This document shows, piece after piece, positions 1 to 9,550 of a stretch of 64,000 nucleotides of DNA; positions within the stretch are counted from its first letter, which is position 1, and every line of letters begins with the position of its first letter. The DNA is from Alphaproteobacteria bacterium. Lineage in GTDB: Bacteria; Pseudomonadota; Alphaproteobacteria; UBA828. A program made the translations under genes and the position numbers. The notes under the pieces were generated by a model. It did not search any database. It saw only the letters and a program-made list of their open reading frames with translations, and was not told the DNA's origin. The DNA lies in the NCBI GenBank assembly GCA_963422645.2, contig CAXXVO010000009.1:96001-160000 (forward strand), read 5' to 3'.

Positions 1-1
1 C

Positions 2-223
2 CTGCCCAAGGCAATCCGCCAGGCGCTGCATTGGGAGGCGGGGATGCGGCTCGTCGTGGAGAACACCCCCGAGGGCGTGCTGTTGAAGCCCGTGCCGGCC
101 TTTGCCGAGACCCGGCCGGAAGACGTGTTCGGATGCCTTGAGAGCGCCGGCGCACCCAAGTCTCTGGCGGAGATGGAGGCAGGCGTTCTGGCGGAGGCGA
201 AGCGGCGCCATGCTGGCAATTGA
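2..223 (+). CDS. AbrB/MazE/SpoVT-family antitoxin (5' end outside window)
   Basis: Frame 2 reads LPKAIRQALHWEAGMRLVVENTPEGVLLKP...RRHAGN*, an AbrB-type pattern; overlaps the start of the PIN toxin. Confidence 0.85.
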   Translation: MPKAIRQALHWEAGMRLVVENTPEGVLLKPVPAFAETRPEDVFGCLESAGAPKSLAEMEAGVLAEAKRRHAGN

Positions 224-608
224 TACCAATGTCGTCGTCCGCTACTTGACCGGCGACGATCCGACGCAGGCCGCCGTCGCGAGAGCCGTGATCGACGCGG
301 GCCGTGTCTTTGTCAGTAAGACGGTCTTTCTGGAATGCGAATGGGTGTTGCGCGGCGTCTATGGCTTTACTGGAGGGGAGGTCGCAGCGGCCTTGCGCGG
401 CCTCGCGGGGCTGCCGAGCGTTTCCGTGGAGAGTCCCATCCTGCTCGCGGAAGCTCTCGATCGTGCCGAGGCGGGGATGGATTTCGCGGACGCCCTGCAT
501 CTTGGCGCCGCCGCGCAGTGCGAGGCGATGCTGACCTTCGACCGCCACTTCATCGAGGCCGCCCGGGATACGCCAGTCAGGGTGACGCTCCCCCGAGCAA
601 GCGTGTGA
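210..608 (+). CDS. vapC: PIN-domain VapC-family toxin
   Basis: MLAIDTNVVVRYL, LECEWVL, DFADALHL, LTFDR motifs; ATG at 210. Confidence 0.9.
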   Translation: MLAIDTNVVVRYLTGDDPTQAAVARAVIDAGRVFVSKTVFLECEWVLRGVYGFTGGEVAAALRGLAGLPSVSVESPILLAEALDRAEAGMDFADALHLGAAAQCEAMLTFDRHFIEAARDTPVRVTLPRASV

Positions 609-739
609 AATGCCGCGACACGCGAGGCGCGGGCCGCACTGCGGCGTGGTTGAGTTCGCGACTCGGGCAGCCCGGTAGCACGGGCCGGCGGAACGGAGTA
701 TCACTGCCGGCGCGGGCTGCAGGCGGCGGGGCGAAGAGC

Positions 740-892
740 ATGAAGCGCGTCCACATCGACATCTCGGTCACCGACCTCGACCGCTCGGTCGGGTTCTACA
801 CGAGCCTCTTCGGCGCCGGGCCGACGGTGCTGAAGCAGGACTACGGCGAAGACCTGGAGCCCGAGACCGGAGCGCCTGCGTCGGCCGCCTGA
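740..892 (+). pseudogene. Truncated VOC/glyoxalase (ArsI/CadI-like) fragment
   Basis: MKRVHIDISVTDLDRSVGFYTSLFGAGPTVLKQDY resembles the ArsI/CadI N-terminus; similarity is lost after ~35 aa. Confidence 0.65.
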
Positions 893-925
893 CCACACCC
901 ATTCTCGTTCTTCAGGGAGCCCCCC

Positions 926-2334
926 ATGTCGTCATCGAATCCGGCATTCCTCAACGCGACCGAAGCGTCCGCGGCGATCCAGGCCGGCCGGCTCAGCCCG
1001 GTCGAGCTCGTGGACGCTCTGCTCGACCGGATCGACGCGCACGAGGAGCGGCTGCACGCCTTCGCTGCGGTCTACCCTGAGGAAGCCCGCGCCGCTGCCG
1101 AAGCGGCACACAAGGCCATCCGCGCGGGTCACGGCGTCGGCCCCTGGCACGGGGTGCCGATCGCGCTGAAGGACATCATCGACATCGAGGGCCGCATCAC
1201 CACGATCGGCAGCAAGCACTGGGCGGAGCGCATCTCGCCCACGACCGCGACGCTCGCGCGCCGGCTGATCGAGGCGGGGATGATCGTCATCGGCAAGGCC
1301 AACACCGTGGAATTCGCCATGGGCGGCTGGGGCACCAACCAGCACATGGGGACGCCGCGCAATCCGTGGGATGCCGAGGTGCATCGCGCGCCCGGCGGCT
1401 CCAGCAGCGGCTCCGGCGTCTCCGTCGCCGCGCGTCTCGCGCCGTGGGCCATTGGCACGGACACCGGCGGCTCCGTGCGAATTCCGTCCGCGTGGTGCGG
1501 GCTAGCCGGCCTCAAGGTGACTATCGGGCAGATCAGCGCCGCCGGCGTGGCACCGCTCTCGCACACGCTCGACACGCCCGGCCCCATGACCCGCTCGGTG
1601 GAGGACGCGGCCCGGCTTTACATGGTGCTGCAGGGCCCCGATCCCGCCGATCCGGCGACGCGGCGCCACGTGCCTGCGGACCCGCTTCCCGCGCTGCGGC
1701 GGGGGGTCGCCGGGCTGCGCTTGGGGGTCATGGCCGAGGCCGAGCGGCACGGCGTGGACGCCGACGTGCTCGCCAGCTTCGACGCCGCCATCGAGGTTCT
1801 CGAGCAGGCGGGAGCACGCTGCGAGACCCTGGCGATGCCGCGCTCTGCCGCCGAATACGGAAATCGCGTGGGCAAGCTGATCGGCACGGAGGGCTACTTC
1901 CACGTGGGCGCGTTGGTGGACGACGAGTCGCTCCCCATCGACGACGACGTGCGCCCCCGCATCCAGCCCAGCTCGGGCGCGGCGTCTCAGCGGTGGACTA
2001 CATGGCGATGATGCGTACGCGGGACGAAGACAAGCGGGCCGCGCTCGCGGCGATGGAGGGCTTCGACGCCCTGCTCACGCCGGGCACGCTGACGGCGGCG
2101 CCGGCGGTCGCGGCCATCGACCAGAACAAGACGCCCGCCCACTTCACGCGCATGGTCAACTGGCTGGAATGGTGCGCCCTCGTGGTGCCCAACGGTGCTA
2201 CGGCGAAGGGTCTGCCGACATCGCTGCACATCGTCTGCCGTGGCCGGGATGAGGCAACGGCGCTCCGCATCGGCTGGGCCTACGAGCAGGCCAAGGACTT
2301 GCACCTGCGTGTGCCGCCTCGGCTCGAGGCGTAG
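926..2334 (+). pseudogene. Amidase-signature family amidase, frameshifted by a 5-bp duplication
   Basis: IALKD, GGSSSGS, GTDTGGSVRIP; C-terminal part (TPGTLTAAP...GLPTSLHIV) is in another frame; CCAGC-CCAGC at 1963-1972. Confidence 0.9.
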
Positions 2335-2394
2335 GGGCTAATTGTCACTGCGCACCTCCGTCTTCTCCGCCGGGTGCCCTCGATACGTTATTTT

Positions 2395-2440
2395 CCCCCA
2401 CCTCACCCCGACCCTTTCCGCCTCCAAGGCGGAGAGGGTG
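2395..2440. repeat. REP-like palindrome between convergent genes
   Basis: Stem ACCCTTTCCGCCT-CCA-AGGCGGAGAGGGT (2411-2439) preceded by CCTCACCCCG. Confidence 0.65.
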
Positions 2441-2494
2441 TGACCGCAGCCTGCACCGACGAGGGCGGTGAGCCGCAGGCCCTGTCGCTGGCGC

Positions 2495-3343
2495 TCAATC
2501 GCTTTCGAGTCTCTCCGCAGGAGGGACGGTGTCGGTCACCAGATCGCGGATCACCCGCTTGTTGCGCAAGGGCTCCAGCGTCATGGTGCCGGGCCTGAGA
2601 CGGGCCGTGCAGGCGTAGGCCGTCTCGCCATCGACCCGCATGGTGCACTCCTTGCACACGTTCGCGTTGGTGCAGCTGTAGCGGAAAGCCAGAGAGGGGT
2701 CGCGGTTCTCGCGCAGCCAGATCAGGCCGTCGAGCACCGAGGCGCCGGTCTCGTAGGGCACGTCGAAGGTCTCGATCTCCTGCGCGCGGCCGGTCTCGAT
2801 GTCGAAGCCCACGGCGCCCGTGAGCCGCCCGTCGGCCTGTACCGGGTCGGTCGCGACGAGGCCGGAGATGCGCCTGATCGCGTCGACGCGGGCGATGCGT
2901 CGGCGGAGCGTGGCGGCGACGGCGGGGCCGGTATTGAGGATGTCCACGTAGCAGCAGCGCCGGCGCCGGTGGCCGGGCGCCGTGACCTGGGCGATGCGCC
3001 CGCCCTCGCGCGCCCAGCCGACCCTCCAGGAGTCCATCTCCCGGATACGCGTGGGACCCTCCTCGCAGAGCAGCGCGGCGAGCCCTGGATCACACAAGCC
3101 CCGCCCGGCCTCCAGCGTGTCCTCCAGGTGGTCCTCGACCGTGTCGGGCTCGGCCTCGCCTAGAGCGGCGGCGACGGTCATCTGCGCCATCACCGTGGCG
3201 CCGCCGCGCCCCACCATGTTGCGATCAGCAAGCACGATCCGGCCCGCACCCGCCTCGGCCGCGGCGAGCGCCGCATACTTGCCGGCGCCGCCCGCGCCAA
3301 TCACGAGCACGTCGGTGTCGATATGGGCGGGCGTTTCGCTCAT
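2495..3343 (-). CDS. Chimera: SdhA/FrdA/NadB-like FAD-binding N-terminus fused to an SdhB/FrdB-type 2Fe-2S domain (probable deletion product)
   Basis: DVLVIGAGGAG..GRGGATVMAQ, then TFDVPYETGASVLDGL..DPSLAFRYSCTNANVCKEC..AC; only 282 aa. Confidence 0.75.
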   Translation of the reverse strand: MSETPAHIDTDVLVIGAGGAGKYAALAAAEAGAGRIVLADRNMVGRGGATVMAQMTVAAALGEAEPDTVEDHLEDTLEAGRGLCDPGLAALLCEEGPTRIREMDSWRVGWAREGGRIAQVTAPGHRRRRCCYVDILNTGPAVAATLRRRIARVDAIRRISGLVATDPVQADGRLTGAVGFDIETGRAQEIETFDVPYETGASVLDGLIWLRENRDPSLAFRYSCTNANVCKECTMRVDGETAYACTARLRPGTMTLEPLRNKRVIRDLVTDTVPPAERLESD

Positions 3344-3383
3344 CGCTCCCTTCCGCGCCGCGCCGCCGGCCGCCGCGCGCCGA

Positions 3384-4820
3384 TCAGAGGGGCGGGCGGC
3401 GCTGGTCCCAGGGCCGGGCGCGCTCATAGTCGGCGGCGGCGCGGAACACGCGCACGTCGTCGTAGGTGCGCCCCACGATCTGGATGCCCGTCGGCACGCC
3501 GGAGGACGCATAGCCGCTCGGCACCGCGGCTATCGGGCACTCCGGCACCAGATTGAAGGGGTAGCAGAGCTGCCATTGCACGTAGATGTCGCCCGGCCAG
3601 TTGGCGACGCTCAGGGTCTTGCCGTTGATGCGGAAATCCGTGTTTTCGATGTCGTGGTCGGCGGGCAGCGCCGGGATCGCGTTGGTGGGGCAAACCAGAA
3701 TGTCGTACGCGTCGAGGATCGGCGCCAGCGTCTCGTACATCCGGCCGCGTACGGCGTTGCACTGGTAGAAGCGGCTCAGGCTGTGCTGGGAGCCGCGTTC
3801 GAGGAGACCGCGGACGAAGCCCTCCATCTCGAATTTCCAGCGGGGATAGAGGTGGCCGGCGGCAGCCCAGAAGAGGCCCTCCCAATGGGTAGTCCAGGCG
3901 TCCAGCACCGAAAAGTCCCAGCCGAGCTCCACCTCTTCGACCGTGCAGCCGAGGCTCCTGAACGCCTCCAGGGCGTCACGAGTATTCGCCTGCACCTCCT
4001 CGTCGATCTCGTAGTAGCCGAGGTCCATGGAGAAGGCGACCCTCCACCCCTCGATGGGGTCGAGCTCGCTCGGAATCTCCAGCTTGGGGCGGAGCGAGCA
4101 GATGTCGTCCGGGTGCGGCCCCGCCATCACGTTCTGCATCAGCGCGCCGTCGACAACGCTCCGCGTCATCGGCCCGTAGTGCAGCAGCGATTCTCGGGGG
4201 TACGCGCGGTCGATGGGGTTGCGGCCGAAGAGCGGCTTGTAGCCGAAATGCCCGCAGCAGGCCGCCGGCATACGGATCGAGCCGCCGCCGTCAGTGCCGT
4301 CGGCGAGCGTCGTCATGCCGGTCGCCACGGCCGCCGCAGCGCCGCCCGACGAGCCGCCGGGGCCGTAATCCAGGTTCCACGGGTTGCGCGTGTTGCCCCA
4401 AAGGTCGCTGCGGCAGTGCGGCGCATGGGCCATCTCGGGCGTGGTGGTGCGCGCATGCATGATCGCGCCCGCCTCCAGCAGCCGCGCCACGGTGGGCGCC
4501 GAGCGGTCGGGCACGTGGTTCTCGAACATGCGCGAGCCGAAGGTCGTGATCTCCCCTTCCACCGGATGAAAGTCCTTGATGACGATGGGGATGCCTTCGA
4601 GGGGGCGCGTGTCTGCGCCCGACGAATAGAGCGCCTCGGCCGCCTTCGCCTGCTCCAGCGCGCGCTCGTAGAAGGTGTAGGTATAGGCGTTGACCGCGGG
4701 ATTGACCGCCTCGGACCGCGCGATCACGGCAGACATGAGGTCCACTGGCGAGAGCTCGCCCGACTTGAATTTGGCCAGCGCCTCGGTTGCGGTGGTGTAG
4801 CAAAGATCGTCCGACGCCAT
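3384..4820 (-). CDS. Amidase-signature family amidase
   Basis: IVIKD, GGSSGGA, GTDGGGSIRMP, GVPTGIQIVG. Confidence 0.93.
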   Translation of the reverse strand: MASDDLCYTTATEALAKFKSGELSPVDLMSAVIARSEAVNPAVNAYTYTFYERALEQAKAAEALYSSGADTRPLEGIPIVIKDFHPVEGEITTFGSRMFENHVPDRSAPTVARLLEAGAIMHARTTTPEMAHAPHCRSDLWGNTRNPWNLDYGPGGSSGGAAAAVATGMTTLADGTDGGGSIRMPAACCGHFGYKPLFGRNPIDRAYPRESLLHYGPMTRSVVDGALMQNVMAGPHPDDICSLRPKLEIPSELDPIEGWRVAFSMDLGYYEIDEEVQANTRDALEAFRSLGCTVEEVELGWDFSVLDAWTTHWEGLFWAAAGHLYPRWKFEMEGFVRGLLERGSQHSLSRFYQCNAVRGRMYETLAPILDAYDILVCPTNAIPALPADHDIENTDFRINGKTLSVANWPGDIYVQWQLCYPFNLVPECPIAAVPSGYASSGVPTGIQIVGRTYDDVRVFRAAADYERARPWDQRRPPL

Positions 4821-4877
4821 GATATCCTCCCCCGATCGCCTTTTTCGTTAGACGAACATCAAATCCGGCGAAGGACA

Positions 4878-5957
4878 ATGGCCGAAACATCGTCGCCCAT
4901 TCTGGAGTTGAACCACGTCTCCAAGCGCTTCGACCGCACGGTCGTCGCGGACGACCTGTGCCTGGGCATCGAGAAGGGCGAGTTCTTCACCTTCCTGGGC
5001 CCCAGCGGGTCGGGCAAATCGTCGACGCTTCGCATCATTGCCGGGCTGGCCAAGCCCGATTCCGGCCGCGTCCTCATCGAGGGGAAGGACGTCAGCGCGG
5101 TGCCGCCCTGGCGCCGCAACCTCGGCATGGTGTTCCAGCAGTACGCAATCTTCCCGCACATGACGGTGGCGGAGAACATCGCCTACGGCCTGAAGGTCCG
5201 CGGCATGGCGCGGGGCGAGCGCCAGCGCCGGGTCGAGGAGCTCGTGGACCTGGTCGGCCTATCCGGCATGGAGGAGAAGAACGTGACGCTCCTGAGCGGC
5301 GGCGAGCAGCAGCGCGTCGCAGTCGCCCGCGCGCTCGCGCCCAGACCCGCGATCCTGCTGCTCGATGAGCCGCTGGCGGCCCTCGACGAGAAGATCCGCC
5401 GCGAGATGCAGACCGAGCTCAAGCACCTCCAGCGCGGGACCGGCACCACCTTCCTCTACGTTACCCATGACCAGGAGGAGGCGCTCACCATGAGCGACCG
5501 TATCGCCGTGCTCAACCGCGGCGTCTGCGTGCAGTGCGACCGCCCGGAAGCGCTCTTCCGCCGCCCGCGGGCCCGCTTCGTTGCCGGTTTCTTCCGCGGC
5601 TGTAACGTGCTGGAGGCCCGGCTCGTCGCGCTGCGCGGGGCGGAGGCGGATATCGAGATCGCCGGCCAGATGGTGACCATCGAGCGGTGCGAGCAGGCGG
5701 AGCGCGGGCCCGGAGACTGCGATATCGCTCTCCGCGCCGAGAACATCCTGGTCGGCACGGCCGCGTCCAACGCCCCGGTCCGGCTGGACGCCACCTTGGA
5801 GGAAATGATCTATCGCGGCACCAGTGTGGACCATCACCTCATGTTTCGCGACGGCCAGAAGGCGATCGCGACCTCCACCAGGCGCGAGCTCGACTCAGCG
5901 CCCGTCGAGTTGACCATCGGCTTCCGCCGCGAGGACGTGATCCTGCTGGCCGAGTGA
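4878..5957 (+). CDS. Polyamine-type ABC transporter ATP-binding protein (PotA-like)
   Basis: GPSGSGKS, LSGGEQQR, LLLDEP, YVTHDQEEA; AAGGA RBS before ATG 4878. Confidence 0.92.
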   Translation: MAETSSPILELNHVSKRFDRTVVADDLCLGIEKGEFFTFLGPSGSGKSSTLRIIAGLAKPDSGRVLIEGKDVSAVPPWRRNLGMVFQQYAIFPHMTVAENIAYGLKVRGMARGERQRRVEELVDLVGLSGMEEKNVTLLSGGEQQRVAVARALAPRPAILLLDEPLAALDEKIRREMQTELKHLQRGTGTTFLYVTHDQEEALTMSDRIAVLNRGVCVQCDRPEALFRRPRARFVAGFFRGCNVLEARLVALRGAEADIEIAGQMVTIERCEQAERGPGDCDIALRAENILVGTAASNAPVRLDATLEEMIYRGTSVDHHLMFRDGQKAIATSTRRELDSAPVELTIGFRREDVILLAE

Positions 5958-5964
5958 CTGCTCG

Positions 5965-6774
5965 TCAGGCCCGCGCCCGCATCTCGCGCCGTGCCTGGCG
6001 GGCGCCCATGACGCTCAGCACCAGGACCAGGCCGAAGGTCACGATGATGAGCAGCCCCATCAGCGCGAAGAGCGTGGGCGTGAGGCCAATCTGCTTGAAG
6101 GTCGACCAGATATAGGTCTGCACCGTGTTGTAGGGCCCCTGCACCATGGTGGTCCTGATGGTCTCGTTGAACGAGATGATCATCGAGAAGATCGCCGCCC
6201 CCACCACGCCGGGGTAGATCAGCGGCAGCTCGATATCGAAGAAGGCGCGCCAGCGGTTGGCGCCGGTAATGTGGGCCGCCTCAAGCAGCACCGGGTCGAA
6301 GGTCGTCATCACCGTCAGCACGATGAGGAAGGCGAAGGGCAGCGCCCAGACCACGTGGATGACGACGATCGAGAAGAACGCCGACGGAATGCCGAGCTCG
6401 CGGAAAAAGAAGGCGGTGGCGATGCCCATGCTGATGCCGGGCACGAAGAGCGGCAACAGCATGAGGATGATGATGAGCCGGCGCACCTTCAGCTCGCGCA
6501 CCGCCATCGCCGCCAACAGCGCCAGCACGGGCGTCACGATACCGACGATGACCGCCAGGATCACCGAGGTTTCGAAGGACTTTACGAGAATGGGATTGCT
6601 CCACATCTCGACGTACCAGCGCAGCGTGAACGACGGCTCGTCGGTCACCTGGCCGAACTGATAGCGCGCGGTGGCGGACAGGATCAGCGGCGGCACCAGC
6701 GGCGCGTAGAGGAAGACAAGCGCCACCAAGGTGACGATCCAGAAGACGGCGCGGCTGACGCGGGAGTCGCCCAT
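5965..6774 (-). CDS. ABC permease (PotC-like)
   Basis: Six hydrophobic segments; EAA loop LLEAAHITGAN; ISFNE. Confidence 0.9.
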   Translation of the reverse strand: MGDSRVSRAVFWIVTLVALVFLYAPLVPPLILSATARYQFGQVTDEPSFTLRWYVEMWSNPILVKSFETSVILAVIVGIVTPVLALLAAMAVRELKVRRLIIILMLLPLFVPGISMGIATAFFFRELGIPSAFFSIVVIHVVWALPFAFLIVLTVMTTFDPVLLEAAHITGANRWRAFFDIELPLIYPGVVGAAIFSMIISFNETIRTTMVQGPYNTVQTYIWSTFKQIGLTPTLFALMGLLIIVTFGLVLVLSVMGARQARREMRARA

Positions 6775-7644
6775 CTACCCGCCCCGCGTCAGGATCTTGC
6801 CGAGGAACGAGCGCACGTCGAAGCCGAGATACCAGGCGACGAGCAGCGCGGTCATGACCGCCACCACCACGCTCGACATCGCCGCCGCCAGTGGATAGTG
6901 CAGCACCTCCATGGCGCTCGCGATGGTGTTGCCCATCAGCTCGTATCCGGCACCGCCCAGGATGAGCGAGACCGCGCTCTCCCCGAACACGCCGACGAAA
7001 CCGAAGATCGCCGCCGCGAAGACGCCGGGCAGCGAGAGCGGCAGAGTCACGCGCAAGAAGGTGAGGAAGGGGTTCGCCCCCAGCATCCAGCTGGCCTCGA
7101 TCTGGCGCCTGTCGATGCCCGCGAGCGAAAGCCAGAGCGGGAAGACCATGAAGGGCATGTAGGCGGCGACCAGCCCGACATAGACCGAGAAGTCGCTGAA
7201 GAGCAGCCAGTCGATCGGGCCGTCGCTCAAGCCCAGCCCGATGATCGCGTCGTTGATCGGCCCGTTGCGGCCGAGCAGGTATGACCACGCGAAATTGCGA
7301 ATGACGTAGTTGACGAGGAAGGGAATGGTGATCAGCAGAAGGATCACACGCACCACATGGCGCGAGGCGAGGAAGGCGAGGAAGTAGGCGATCGGATAGG
7401 CGATGGCGAGGCCGATCGCGGTCGCCACCGGCGCCACCACCAGGCTCCGCTCGAGCACGATGGTGCGGACACCCTCGAAGAAATCGAGGTAGTTGACGGG
7501 TGTGAGGGCGGGCTCCACCGTGAAGCCCACCCTCTGCCAGAAACTGACCGCGACCGTGATCGCCAGCGGGCCGATCACGAACACCAGGACGAACGCGACT
7601 GGCAGGATCAGCAGCGCAAGACGCGGGAGGGCCCTGAGAGGCAC
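6775..7644 (-). CDS. ABC permease (PotB-like)
   Basis: IPFLVNYVIRNFAW, IEASWMLGAN, TLPLSLPG. Confidence 0.9.
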   Translation of the reverse strand: MPLRALPRLALLILPVAFVLVFVIGPLAITVAVSFWQRVGFTVEPALTPVNYLDFFEGVRTIVLERSLVVAPVATAIGLAIAYPIAYFLAFLASRHVVRVILLLITIPFLVNYVIRNFAWSYLLGRNGPINDAIIGLGLSDGPIDWLLFSDFSVYVGLVAAYMPFMVFPLWLSLAGIDRRQIEASWMLGANPFLTFLRVTLPLSLPGVFAAAIFGFVGVFGESAVSLILGGAGYELMGNTIASAMEVLHYPLAAAMSSVVVAVMTALLVAWYLGFDVRSFLGKILTRGG

Positions 7645-7751
7645 GAGTCTATCGGCTCCCGGGCCGGCTGCCGTTGGGCGACATCACGTCAACGCCGGGA
7701 CCCCGGGCGCCGCCTTTGGCACCCGGGGGAGCCGGAACCTGTCCGCCTGTG

Positions 7752-8942
7752 CTAGGCCGCCTTGAAGCGCGCCCAGGCCGCCTCGTGCTCGATGTAGGAG
7801 GCGGGCCAGCGGTTGTGCCAGATGCCGCCGAAATCGAGCTTGCGCTTCACGTTGGCATCGTTGGCGACGGCCGCCTCGGCCTCGCCTGTCGCGAAGGCGT
7901 CCGGATTGGCAGCGGCGAAGCCCGGCGCCTGCGAGTTGGTCATGTAGCCCCGCATGGCGCTGATCTTCGCCCCGTACCAGGGCCCCAGCATGAAGTCGAA
8001 GAGGTCGTAGACGGCCTGCGTGTGCTCTTCGGAGCGCGCGGGGTTGTTGGTGAGGTAGCCCGACATCGCCCACAGCAGGTAACCTTCCTTGGGCGTCGCG
8101 TAGATGCTGTTCGCGCCCTGCTTGTTGGCGACGATCACCATCGGCTCCCAACCGTCGAGCACGACGACTTCTTTGTTCAGCAACAGGTTGACCGCCTGCT
8201 CGAAGCTCGTCCACAGGACCCGGAACTGGCCCTCTTTCTTCTTCTCGATGAGATAATCGACGACCGTGTTGATCTCGTCCTTGGTCATGTCCACGGGGTT
8301 GCCGATGTCCGCGATCCCGGCGGCCTTCATGTGGATCGCCGTCTTGTAGCCGGCGGTGGTGTAGTTGTCCTCCAGCGCCACGTAGCCCTTGTACTGCGGA
8401 TCGAAGAGGGCGCCGAAGGAGTCGACCGAGCCCACGCCGCCGGTCTCGTCCGGCAGGTAGCAGATCGACTCGCCTTGCAGGATGGTCGGGATCCCGTAGA
8501 CCTGCCCCTCGTGGGCGATGTGCGGCCAGCCGGGTGCGCCGTCCACGAAGTACTGCGAGATGTACTCGTTCGCGCCCCAGTTCGGCATCCGGCTGGCATC
8601 CACCGGCAGGATAAGCCCGAGCTGCGCGAGCGGCTCCTGCACGCCGCCCACGATGTGAAGCGCGTCGTAGGCCGACGTGCCGCCGCCGCCGAGCAGGACG
8701 TTGATGATCGTGGCGGGCGCGTTGCCCACCGCCACCAGGTTGACGTCCCAGTCGGTCTTGTTCGTATAGCGCGACCAGTCGCCGGCCGGATCGCCGACTC
8801 CGATATCGGCGAGAGTCACCGAGCCCGAGGCCGCGAGCGCCTTTGACCACGGCGAGCCGGCCAGCGAGAGGCCGATCGCGCCGAGGCCGCCAAAGCCGCC
8901 TGCCTTCAGAAGAGACCGCCGTGTCAGGTCAAGCTTGCCCAT
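7752..8942 (-). CDS. ABC substrate-binding protein (PotD/PotF-like), Tat signal
   Basis: LTRRSLLK twin-arginine motif; YATPKEGYLLW; first gene of the permease operon. Confidence 0.85.
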   Translation of the reverse strand: MGKLDLTRRSLLKAGGFGGLGAIGLSLAGSPWSKALAASGSVTLADIGVGDPAGDWSRYTNKTDWDVNLVAVGNAPATIINVLLGGGGTSAYDALHIVGGVQEPLAQLGLILPVDASRMPNWGANEYISQYFVDGAPGWPHIAHEGQVYGIPTILQGESICYLPDETGGVGSVDSFGALFDPQYKGYVALEDNYTTAGYKTAIHMKAAGIADIGNPVDMTKDEINTVVDYLIEKKKEGQFRVLWTSFEQAVNLLLNKEVVVLDGWEPMVIVANKQGANSIYATPKEGYLLWAMSGYLTNNPARSEEHTQAVYDLFDFMLGPWYGAKISAMRGYMTNSQAPGFAAANPDAFATGEAEAAVANDANVKRKLDFGGIWHNRWPASYIEHEAAWARFKAA

Positions 8943-9237
8943 GACTTACCTCCCTTGTTCGACGCATGCGCGGAGGCGCCACCGGGCGCCCCGGCATCAT
9001 TGCGGTCGTCATGATAAGCCTTCGGCCAAGGCGAGTCGATTGACCGGGGTATCGTCCGGCATGTGGGTTGCGCGCCGATCGGCGCGATAAGCCTTTGAAG
9101 TGCCTTGATACTGCGAGGTCAAAGTCGCATGCCGAACAACAATATAAGCGGCATGAACCCGACTTACCGGTCCCGACGACCCGACTTGGGGTGTGTACAG
9201 CCCCCCGAGCGCTTCTGACAGCCGACCGCTCGGCGCG

Positions 9238-9345
9238 AATGATGTCGTGGCGCGTGACCTTCGCCACATGTCGCGAAGCGGGCGACGGCCGGACATGGCG
9301 GTGAGCCTGCTTCCGGTAATCCTTCACGGTGCGCTCGCGCACGCG
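9238..9345 (-). pseudogene. Possible tyrosine-integrase core-binding domain remnant
   Basis: RVRERTVKDYRKQAHRHVRP...VAKVTRHDII resembles the integrase SAM-like helical motif. Confidence 0.45.
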
Positions 9346-9377
9346 GCCCGCTGCGATCCGCGAGGGCGCCCACCAGA

Positions 9378-9408
9378 ATCCCCGCCAAAACAGGACGTTG
9401 GCGGGGAT
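9378..9408. terminator. GC-rich stem-loop
   Basis: ATCCCCGCCAA...TTGGCGGGGAT followed by CGTTCGTTTT. Confidence 0.4.
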
Positions 9409-9550
9409 CGTTCGTTTTGGGAAGGGATCGACACAACTCTCGGATGCTGTGCAGGAGCCCTTTCGCGCCCGCATTAGGCGGCACGCTCAACTTGACGTGG
9501 TCGTTCCGTTTCCCGCAACCTCAGGGGTGGTGCAGACAGGAGCAGCGCCA

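Noticed and set aside
2982-4877. N-terminal 630 aa of the 991-aa ORF, suggesting a giant ABC fusion
   Set aside because: Antisense shadow of the amidase; the real start is ATG 4878 with an RBS.
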